From the NCBI GenBank assembly GCA_038087875.1, contig JAXLNO010000659.1:62001-126000 (forward strand): DNA of 64,000 nucleotides. Direction: 5' to 3'. This DNA comes from Malacoraja senta (Eukaryota). Below, in pieces: positions 37,685-48,405 of this stretch (positions are counted from its first letter, which is position 1; each line of letters opens with the position of its first letter). The position numbers were made by a program, and so were the translations under genes. The notes beneath the pieces were generated by a model. The model made no database searches. It saw only the letters and a program-made list of their open reading frames with translations, and was not told the origin of the DNA.

Positions 37685-38777
37685 TCATTCTTGTAAATCT
37701 CCTTTGGACCCTCTCCAGAGTCAGCACATCCTTCTTCATATATGGGGCCCAAAACTGCTCACAATACTCCAAATGCTTCTGACCAGTGTCTTATAAAACC
37801 TCAGCATTACATCCCTGTTTTTGTATTTTAGTCCTCTCGAAATAAATGCCAGCATTGCATTTACCTTCCTTACTATCGATTCGACTTGCAAATTAACCTG
37901 CCCTTTCAGCTATCTTCGTATCATCTGCAAACTTGGCCACTAAGCCTTAAATTCCCTATCATCTGCAAACTTGGCCACAAAGCCTTCAATTCCTTGGAAT
38001 GTCGCTTTTGGAGTGGGGATTCCACCCCACCCCCTGTCTCAAACTCCAAACCCCACCTACAGCAAACCCCTGCTGTCACATCCTCGCTAATTCCTGGCTC
38101 ACTGTTCTTAATTGGAGAGATTGCCCAAGGCTTTCCCCAGAATATTTGCATGGATGCTCCAACAATGCAAAATAAGTATTTGTTGGAGCTGCTGATGTTA
38201 TCGTGGCTGGCATTATACATGCTGGGATTGGTGGCATGTAGCAATGCTTGGTGTGTAAGGACAAATTAAAGCACATCCATATTAAGTATGTCCCCTAATT
38301 TATATGGAATGGAGTGCAGTGAATTGGACAATATCTGAGACCAGGGATGAAGAGATGAAACTTACCACTATGGCAATAAAAGGTTCAGGCTTTCTAACTC
38401 TCAACTAGTTTTAACTTTTGTTTTAACTTTAACTTTACCTGGTGCTAATCATTCTCAATAGTGGTACCCTGCTGAAGCATCCAGCCAGTGGTAGGACATT
38501 CATTATAATTACCAGGCAGATCAACATTGGTGAGATGTCTGCATTGCTTTTGTCCAGAATGCACATCATTGCATTTGTACATTGGCATGTGTTTACCTCT
38601 GGTCTTTGTAAGCTCAACACGTGAATAGTAAATCATTCTCTGGAATACAAAGCTGTAAATTTATAGTTTTGTCTATGATCCCAATCATTGTCTCCACTTT
38701 CTTGCTGAACAAGTGAAATGTTATGGATTAAGAACTTCTTTTTGTATTCACTATTTTTTTTAAAATGTTTTCTTCAG

Positions 38778-38855
38778 ATACAACAAGCGAAGAAAATTCT
38801 ACGTGGACCCTCGATGTCATCCTCAAACAATAGCTGTAGTGCAGACAAGAGCGAA
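38778..38855 (+). CDS. GLDC: GLDC exon equivalent to human exon 5
   Basis: 78 nt, [29 protein letters not shown]. Confidence 0.95.
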
Positions 38856-38904
38856 GTATGTAAACAAAAAATCATTCTTATGTATAAAATAAATAGTTTC
38901 AAAG

Positions 38905-39620
38905 CCTCAAGGTCAGTTTATCGTCACATGTACCAGTTAAGGTACAGTGAAATTTGAGTTACCTTATAGCCATACTAAGTGAAAAGCAACAAGACACACA
39001 ACCACATAGAAGTTTACATAAACATCCATCACAGTGGATTCCACATTCCTCACTGTGATGGAAGGCAATAAAGTTCAATCTTCTTCCTCTTGTTCTCCCG
39101 CGGTCGGGGCAGTCAAACCATCCGCAGTCGGGGCGACCAAAGCCCCCGCAGCCGACGATCGAAGCCCCCATCGGGGTGATCGTCGGGACGGTTGAAACTC
39201 TCTCCGCGGCATGCAGCTCCCGATTTGGCCTATTCTTACCAGAAACCGTTGGCTTCACGATGTTAAAGTCCACAGGCCCCGCGGTTGGAACTTCGATCCC
39301 CGGCAAAGGGATCGCAAGCTCCGCGATGTTAAAGTCCCGCAGTCTCCTGCGGCTTGAAACGCCGTGTCGGTCTCCAGGAAAGGCCGCCAACTCCACGATG
39401 TTAGGCCACAGTGGGACGGAGATACAATACAGGGAAAAATTGCATCTCCGTCGAGGTAAGAGATTGAAAAAAAGTTTCCCCCAACCTCCCCCCACCCCCC
39501 CACATAAAACAAACCAAGGAACACTAAAACATACTTTTTAACACATACTTAAAATAACAAAAAGAAGAAAGGACAGACAGACTGTTGGCGAGGCAATCAC
39601 TGCTGGTGGTGCCACCCGGT
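38905..39620 (-). mobile_element. Second copy of the ~0.8-kb non-autonomous retroposon
   Basis: Reverse-complement similarity to 36874-37684. Confidence 0.7.
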
Positions 39621-40341
39621 ATAAACATGAGTGAGAGTATATTGGTGTCTGCCAGTAGACAGAGAAACCATGAGCGCGTCATTGACAGCACAGGAGCATT
39701 GCAGTAGGTAATGACTTTGCTTCACAGACAGCTCTTGAAGATAAGTGTAGAAAGGAACTGCAGACTCTGGTTTACATCGAAGATAGATACAAAATGCTGG
39801 AGTAACTCAGCTGGACAGGCAGCCTCTCTGGAGAGAAGGAACGGGTGATTTTTCGGGTTGAGACACTGCTTTAGCCTGAGTCAGGGGAAAGGGAAACTGG
39901 AGGTATGAGGAGGTACAAAGAATGAAAGGTATGAAAGAAAGGTATAAAAGGAAGGTTCTGAAGAAGTGTCTCGACCCAAAACGTCAACCGTTCTTTCGCT
40001 CGAAGATAAGTTGTGGCTGTCCTCAACGATCTGGCTGGACAATGAATTGTTCTCCAGGGCTTGTTTGCAGCCAAGTCCTTTCTTGAAGCTAAAAGTTGGA
40101 AGACAGGTTGCTGGTTTGGGTTGAAGACCATCCATGGTCATAGTACTTGGATTTGTGAGATATTAGTTTATATTAATGGTAATTTACTCTTGTTGCCAAT
40201 AGTGATGATGAATTCCCTTGATTTAATAAATTCCAATGTTGTCCAAAGTGCTCAAAGCCCAATAATGTGTCTTCGGATCCATCTTTGCATAATTGTCAAT
40301 ATTTGATTTGTTTTCTTATTATTTAACCATGTAAAATTGTA

Positions 40342-40713
40342 CAGGTCCACCACTGATTTTCCGGCAAATGGTGGCCCAGCACCTCCTTTAATTCGGACAA
40401 AATTACGGTAGCCCCCCCACCCCCGGAAGTCACTCTGAAAATATAGCGCCTAGGCTGGATGAGGTGGCCGATCTCGACCTCATCAGGAATTCTGCACCGA
40501 TCGAAGGGTTGGATTTACCCCCTGCGACTGGAGCTCTGGAACTCTGGCCCGGCTGACTTTGTGGGCCAGTATCTTGGCTCCTTGGCTGCCTAGGCAGAAC
40601 GTTCCAGTATAATTGGACTCCTCTCGGAGACCGTGACCTCTGTTGGTCCGGCATAACGGATAATTCAGAAAGCCTCTGGAACCAAGGATGCCGAAGAATC
40701 GCTGGTGGACCTG
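40342..40713. mobile_element. Tc1/mariner-like MITE
   Basis: TIR CAGGTCCACCA / TGGTGGACCTG; TA on the left, CA on the right. Confidence 0.65.
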
Positions 40714-40844
40714 CATTCTCTGAACCTTTAAACTCTCCAGCTCCCAGAGAGTTTGTTCCTCATTTTGGTAATCCTGAGCTCCCAGAAATGAAACTTTCCA
40801 CAGCTCTTCTGATCCCTCCATCTTAACAAGGAATCTGTTCCCAG

Positions 40845-40992
40845 TTATATAGGGGTGATGACAGAACTGAAATTGCCCCATGAAATGGATTTCAGCCGGA
40901 AGGATATCAGTGGAGTACTATTCCAGTACCCAGACACCGAGGGAAGAATAGAGGACTTCTCCACACTTGTTGACCTCGCTCATCAAAATGGA
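40845..40992 (+). CDS. GLDC: GLDC exon equivalent to human exon 6
   Basis: 148 nt, [53 protein letters not shown]. Confidence 0.95.
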
Positions 40993-41093
40993 GTGAGTAA
41001 TAAAAGTGGGGACTGTTGTGATGACGGTTGAATGCAAGCACCATGTAGTTGTTGAGCTCAGAAGGTTCACGTGACAGAAAGTTGCTTGACACA

Positions 41094-41436
41094 CTCTCCC
41101 TCTCTCTCTCCCTCCTCCCCCTCTCTCTCTCTCCCCCCTCTCTCCCCCCTCTCTCCCTCCCCCTCCCCCTCTCTCCCTTCCCCTCTCTCCATCCACTCTC
41201 CCCCTCTCTCTCCCTCCCCTCTCCCTCCCACTCTCTCTCCCTCCTCCTCCCCTCTCTCTCCCTCCCCTCTCTCCCTCCCCTCTCTCCCTCCCCCTCTCTC
41301 CCTCCCTCTCTCCCTCACCCTCCCTCTCTCTCCCTCCCTCACCCTCTCTCCCTCACCCTCCCGCTCCCCCCCCCCTCTCCCCTCTCTCCCTCCCCCCTGC
41401 CTCTCCCCCCACCCTCTCTCTCTCTCTCTCTCTCTT
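41094..41436. repeat. Polypyrimidine (CT/CCCT) low-complexity tract
   Basis: About 340 bp almost entirely C/T. Confidence 0.95.
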
Positions 41437-42121
41437 ATTTCCTCTGGTGATTCCTGCAAGATGGTACAGGGCATAATCTCCTGGAGTATAATCAGAGCCC
41501 ATTCCCAATAAATATTCCTAGATTGGCGAAGCCTTGACTAGTGTTGGAGAAAGTTTCCCAGTGCCGCAATCCTTCTCAAACTTAAGCAATTGAGGAGCGA
41601 AAATTAAATAAAATCTACAGTAGCAATTTGTTTGCTTCTATTTCTGTTAATTGCAGTGTTGCCCACCAAAATGCCACACAGTCTCTTTTACAAGTACTAG
41701 CAGATAATTTAATGGTCAATCACACCCTGAATCATCCCTCAGGCAGCCGAGAGAACAGCCTCTTCATTCACATGTTGTCTTGCACTAAGCATGAACTGAA
41801 CCAGATTTACATATCAACATCCCACCTTGACTTCTTCCGACACGAAAAGAAGCTTCTGGAAAAAAAATTAGCCAGTCAGGTTGAATCTGACTAATATGCT
41901 GCTTAAGAATTCTTACTGCAGTTCCCTGTTCAATAATGGGTGGATCCTAAGCAGTTGTATAAGCTGCCTTAACCTTGTCAGTTAACCCACACAATTCGGT
42001 ATTAAGCTTGTTTTTGTACTGCAGTCATTCTGACTCACCTTAGACTTAAACAAAAAAATGTTAGTGTGGCCCGCAAATTAGTTCAACAATTCCCACAGTA
42101 GAAAATAATTATTGAGAGGAA

Positions 42122-42451
42122 AAGCCCTGTCCCACGGTACGAGTTCATTCCAAGAGCTCTCCCGAGTTTGCCCTGATTCGAACTCGGAGATTTACGGTAA
42201 TGGCCACTCGTCGGTACTCGGGGCTCTCGTGGACATTTTTCAACATGTTGAAAAATCTTCACGAGTCTTCCCGTGCTTACCTGCCGTTAGCGAGTCTTCC
42301 CGAGTACCTGCCATTAGCGTTACGAGCTGCTAAGAGACGTCCCCGAGCTCCGACGTACCCGCTACGTTCATTCTCCGTGCTTACCACGAGTTTGATTTTT
42401 TTTAAACTCGGAAGAGCTCTTGGAATGAACTCGTACCATGGGACAGGGCTT
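42122..42451. mobile_element. PIF/Harbinger-like MITE
   Basis: TIR AAGCCCTGTCCCACGGTACGAGTTCATTCCAAGAGCTCT and its reverse complement; TSD not intact. Confidence 0.75.
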
Positions 42452-42943
42452 TTACTATGGGTTGGGATCAACGCAAAATAAAACATTTCCTCAATTCAGT
42501 TCATTTATGGGAATACTGTAACTGTGTTGCAAACCAATAAGAGTTGAATTGGCTGTAGAAAGCATCCAGGAGTGGAAAAGACTGCAAAAATGTTGTGACC
42601 ACTGCCCAGTCCATCACCGGCTCTGACCTCCCCACCATCGAAGGTATTTATTTGAGTCGCTGCCTCAAAAAGGCAGCTAACATCATCAGAGACCCACACC
42701 AACCTGGCCACACACTCATTTCACCACTGCCATCAGGAAGAAGGTACATGAGCCTGAAAATTGTAACGTCCAAGTTCAGGAACAGCTTCTTCCCTACAGC
42801 CATTAGGCTATTAAACACGACAACAAATAAGCTCTGAACTACAACAGACTATTATTATTATTACACTATAAGTGTTTGTTTTTTGAGTATGTGTGTATGT
42901 GTATATATACACACTGAACTTTTTTTTTCTCGTTTATGTACTA

Positions 42944-45900
42944 CTAGACTAAGTGGGACCCATTGGGTCCCATGTTCACAAGGGAGGGCTGGTCCCCCAA
43001 CGCAATATTCCACCTCTCCACCAATTCCAATATTGGTTGCCGGTGGGGGGGGGGGGGGGGGCTTTCTGGAGCACTAGTATTGGTGTTGTGGGCTGAAGGT
43101 TTCCAGAGGGCTAGTATGGACATTGTGGGCTGAATGGATTCTTGGGCTGGCAGCTCAGTCACTCAGGCCTGGTGGGCTGGCATCTCAGCCACTCAGGGCT
43201 GGTGGGATGGCAGATCACTCACGGCTATTCCTTGAAATACCATTTCAAGCAGAGTGCAGGCCACCAACTCCAAATGCAATTTCATACCATTTCAAGCAGA
43301 GTGCAGGCCACCAAATCCAAATGCAATTTCATACCATTTCAAGCAGAGTGCAGGCCACCAAATCCAAATGCAATTTCATACCATTTCAAGCAGAGTGCAG
43401 GCCACCAAATCCAAATGCAATTTCATACCATTTCAAGCAGAGTGCAGGCCACCAAATCCAAATGCAATGTCATACCATTTCAAGCAGTGTGCAGGCCACC
43501 AAATTCAAATGCAATTTCATATCATTTCAAGCAGAGTGCAGGCCACCAAATCCAAATGCAATTTCATACCATTTCAAGCAGAGTGCAGGCCACCAAATCC
43601 AAATGCAATTTCATACCATTTCAAGCAGAGTGCAGGCCACCAAATCCAAAGGCAATTTCACACCATTTCAAGCAGAGTGCGGGCTACCAAATCCAAATGC
43701 AATTTCATACCATTTCAAGCAGAGTGCAGACCGCCAAATTCAAATGCAATTTCATACCTTTTCAAGCAGTGTGCAGGCCACCAAATACAAATGCAATTTC
43801 ATACCATTTCAAGCAGAGTGCAGGCCACCAAATTCAAATGCAATTTCATACCATTTCAAGCAGAGTGCAGGCCACCAAATTCAAATGCAATTTCATACCA
43901 TTTCAAGCAGAGTGCAGGCCACCAAATTCAAATGCAATTTCATACCATTTCGAACAGAGTGCAGACCGCCAAATTCAAATGCAATTTCATTCCATTCCAA
44001 GCAGAGTGCAGGCCACCAAATCCAAATGCAATTTCATACCATTTCAAGCAGTGTGCAGGCCACCAAATACAAATGCAATTTCATACCATTTCAAGCAGAG
44101 TGCAGGCCACCAAATTCAAATGCAATTTCATTCCATTTCAAGCAGAGCACAGGCCACCAAATTCAAATGCAATTTCATACCATTTCAAGCAGAGTGCAGG
44201 CCACCAAATTCAAATGCAATTTCATACCATTTCAAGCAGAGTGCGGGCTACCATATCCAAATGCAATTTCATACCATTTCAAGCAGAGTGCAGACCGCCA
44301 AATTCAAATGCAATTTCATACCTTTTCAAGCAGTGTGCAGGCCACCAAATACAAATGCAATTTCATACCATTTCAAGCAGAGTGCAGGCCACCAAATTCA
44401 AATGCAATTTCATACCATTTCAAGCAGAGTGCAGCCCACCAAATTCAAATGCAATTTCATACCATTTCAAGCAGAGTGCAGGCCACCAGATTCAAATGCA
44501 ATTTCATACCATTTCGAACAGAGTGCAGGCCGCCAAATTCAAATGCAATTTCATTCCATTCCAAGCAGAGTGCAGGCCACCAAATCCAAATGTAATTTCA
44601 TACCATTTCAAGCAGTGTGCAGGCCACCAAATCCAAATGCAATTTCATACCATTTCAAGCAGAGTGCAGGCCACCAAATCCAAAGGCAATTTCACACCAT
44701 TTCAAGCAGAGTGCGGGCTACCAAATACAAATGCAATTTCATACCATTTCAAGCAGAGTGCAGGCCACCAAATTCAAATGCAATTTCATACCATTTCAAG
44801 CAGAGTGCAGGCCACCAAATTCAAATGCAATTTCATACCATTTCAAGCAGAGTGCAGGCCACCAAATTCAAATGCAATTTCATACCATTTCGAACAGAGT
44901 GCAGACCGCCAAATTCAAATGCAATTTCATTCCATTCCAAGCAGAGTGCAGGCCACCAAATCCAAATGCAATTTCATACCATTTCAAGCAGTGTGCAGGC
45001 CACCAAATACAAATGCAATTTCATACCATTTCAAGCAGAGTGCAGGCCACCAAATTCAAATGCAATTTCATTCCATTTCAAGCAGAGCACAGGCCACCAA
45101 ATTCAAATGCAATTTCATACCATTTCAAGCAGAGTGCAGGCCACCAAATTCAAATGCAATTTCATACCATTTCAAGCAGAGTGCAGACCACCAAATCCAA
45201 AGGCAATTTCACACCATTTCAAGCCGAGTGCAGTCTACCAAATCCAAATGCAATTTCATAACATTTCAAGCAGAGTGCAGGCCACCAAATACAAATTCAA
45301 TTTCGTACCATTTCAAGCAGAGTGCAGGCCGCCAAATTCAAATGCAATTTCATACCATTTCAAGCAGTGTGCAGGCCACCATATTCAAATGCAATTTCAT
45401 ACCATTTCAAGCAGAGTGCAGGCCACCAAATTCAAATGCAATTTCATATCATTTCAAGCAGAGTGCAGGCCACCAAATTCAAATGCAATTTCATTCCATT
45501 TCAAGCAGAGCGCAGGCCACCAAATTCAAATGCAATTTCATACCATTTCAAGCAGAGTGCAGGCCACCAAATCCAAAGGCAATTTCACACCATTTCAAGC
45601 AGAGTGCGGGCTACCATATCCAAATGCAATTTCATACCATTTCAAGCAGAGTGCAGACCGCCAAATTCAAATGCAATTTCATACCTTTTCAAGCAGTGTG
45701 CAGGCCACCAAATACAAATGCAATTTCATACCATTTCAAGCAGAGTGCAGGCCACCAAATTCAAATGCAATTTCATACCATTTCAAGCAGAGTGCAGCCC
45801 ACCAAATTCAAATGCAATTTCATACCATTTCAAGCAGAGTGCAGGCCACCAGATTCAAATGCAATTTCATACCATTTCGAACAGAGTGCAGGCCGCCAAA

Positions 45901-48028
45901 TTCAAATGCAATTTCATTCCATTCCAAGCAGAGTGCAGGCCACCAAATCCAAATGTAATTTCATACCATTTCAAGCAGTGTGCAGGCCACCAAATACAAA
46001 TGCAATTTCATACCATTTCAAGCAGAGTGCAGGCCACCAAATTCAAATGCAATTTCATTCCATTTCAAGCAGAGCGCAGGCCACCAAATTCAAATGCAAT
46101 TTCATACCATTTCAAGCAGAGTGCAGGCCACCAAATTCAAATGCAATTTCATACCATTTCAAGCAGAGTGCAGACCACCAAATCCAAAGGCAATTTCACA
46201 CCATTTCAAGCCGAGTGCAGTCTACCAAATCCAAATGCAATTTCATAACATTTCAAGCAGAGTGCAGGCCACCAAATACAAATTCAATTTCATACCATTT
46301 CAAGCAGAGTGCAGGCCGCCAAATTCAAATGCAATTTCATACCATTTCAAGCAGTGTGCAGGCCACCATATTCAAATGCAATTTCATACCATTTCAAGCA
46401 GAGTGCAGGCCACCAAATTCAAATGCAATTTCATATCATTTCAAGCAGAGTGCAGGCCACCAAATGCAAATGCAATTTCATTCCATTTCAAGCAGAGCGC
46501 AGGCCACCAACTTCAAATGCAATTTCATACCATTTCAAGCAGAGCGCAGGCCACCAAATTCAAATGCAATTTCATACCATTTCAAGCAGAGTGCAGGCCA
46601 CCAAATTCAAATGCAATTTCATACCATTTCAAGCAGAGTGCAGACCACCAAATCCAAAGGCAATTTCACACCATTTCAAGCCGAGTGCAGTCTACCAAAT
46701 CCAAATGCAATTTCATAACATTTCAAGCAGAGTGCAGGCCACCAAATACAAATTCAATTTCATACCATTTCAAGCAGAGTGCAGGCCGCCAAATTCAAAT
46801 GCAATTTCATACCATTTCAAGCAGTGTGCAGGCCACCATATTCAAATGCAATTTCATATCATTTCAAGCAGAGTGCAGGCCACCAAATGCAAATGCAATT
46901 TCATTCCATTTCAAGCAGAGCACAGGCCACCAAATTCAAATGCAATTTCATACCATTTCAAGCAGAGTGCAGGCCACCAAATTCAAATGCAATTTCATAC
47001 CATTTCAAGCAGAGTGCAGACCACCAAATCCAAAGGCAATTTCACACCATTTCAAGCCGAGTGCAGTCTACCAAATCCAAATGCAATTTCATAACATTTC
47101 AAGCAGAGTGCAGGCCACCAAATACAAATTCAATTTCGTACCATTTCAAGCAGAGTGCAGGCCGCCAAATTCAAATGCAATTTCATACCATTTCAAGCAG
47201 TGTGCAGGCCACCATATTCAAATGCAATTTCATACCATTTCAAGCAGAGTGCAGGCCACCAAATTCAAATGCAATTTCATATCATTTCAAGCAGAGTGCA
47301 GGCCACCAAATTCAAATGCAATTTCATTCCATTTCAAGCAGAGCGCAGGCCACCAAATTCAAATGCAATTTCATACCATTTCAAGCAGAGTGCAGGCCAC
47401 CAAATCCAAAGGCAATTTCACACCATTTCAAGCAGAGTGCGGGCTACCATATCCAAATGCAATTTCATACCATTTCAAGCAGAGTGCAGACCGCCAAATT
47501 CAAATGCAATTTCATACCTTTTCAAGCAGTGTGCAGGCCACCAAATACAAATGCAATTTCATACCATTTCAAGCAGAGTGCAGGCCACCAAATTCAAATG
47601 CAATTTCATACCATTTCAAGCAGAGTGCAGGCCACCAAATTCAAATGCAATTTCATACCATTTCGAACAGAGTGTAGGCCACCAAATTCAAATGCAATTT
47701 CATACCATTTCAAGCAGAGTGCAGGCCACCAAATTCAAATGCAATTTCATACCATTTGGGCTTTATACTCCTGGCCCCCCCGGAACGGGCGTTACCTTCA
47801 TCATGGTGATTGACAGGCAAGAGGACCAATCAGCTGATCTCAAGATTTTTTAAACATTCATAACTTTTTTATTTTTCATCGATCGGAAAAATCCTCGGGG
47901 CTGCCTCAGCGGAGGAGGACTGTGAGTAAGATGGCCAAAAATCATAACGATATATGGTAGAGTTTTTTCTAAAATCAATATACAGCGCAGACAGGAAGTG
48001 GTCTAGATGAGACTTTTAGTTATATAGA
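42944..48028 (-). mobile_element. Non-autonomous Helitron with minisatellite cargo
   Basis: Minus strand 5' TCTATATAACTAAAAG (48028), 3' perfect hairpin GGGACCC-AAT-GGGTCCC + ACTTAGTCTAG (42944); flanks rejoin as ATGTACTA|TGTTTACATATTC in the host LINE 3' UTR. Confidence 0.92.
43237..47757. repeat. 47-bp minisatellite, about 96 units
   Basis: Unit ATACCATTTCAAGCAGAGTGCAGGCCACCAAATTCAAATGCAATTTC. Confidence 0.98.
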
Positions 48029-48405
48029 TGTTTACATATTCTGTTGTGCTGCAACAAGCAAGAATTTCATTGTTCTATCTGGGACATATGACAATAAAAC
48101 ACTCTTGACTTGAACTCTAAGATTCCTTTCAGTATTAGCAAAGAAGGAAGATTTCAAAAGATATGATTATTTCATGTGGTCCAAAAAGTTTCTGCAATTA
48201 AAAAACTGCTTTGAGAAAGATCAATGTTTATGGTCTTTAAAGAACATGATCACGTTGCCACCGAAACTTCCGATTGAAATAGATCTGAACAAAATGGAGC
48301 AGGAAAAGCTGTGAAAGCTGCATAATGTTGGGTCGACTACAACTATTCAACAGCCACGGTAACACAGCTGATGGTTATCCATTACCTGTGTTATCTGCAG
48401 GTTTA

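Larger units (their letters stand above)
34190..37905 (-). mobile_element. Old CR1 fragment hosting three nested insertions
   Basis: CR1 3' UTR and C-terminal motifs are colinear across the L1, MITE and non-autonomous retroposon inserts. Confidence 0.75.
42560..48112 (+). mobile_element. Rex1/Babar-like LINE 3' fragment split by the Helitron
   Basis: ORF 42595-42837 (AQSITGSDLP..RCLKKA..II.DP.HP...LPSGRRY...FRNSFFPTAIRLLN); the 3' UTR continues after 48028. Confidence 0.75.

Noticed and set aside
40918..41511. Pro/Ser/Leu-rich and Gly/Glu/Arg-rich ORFs
   Set aside because: Translations of the CT microsatellite
43237..47757. CRISPR-like array
   Set aside because: Units are contiguous with no unique spacers, there are no cas genes, and the context is eukaryotic
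43123..47853. Very long repetitive ORFs (up to 1154 aa) in all three + frames
   Set aside because: Artefact of a 47-bp unit with no + strand stop codon; all frames give the same rotating peptide, and the array lies inside a Helitron in a GLDC intron
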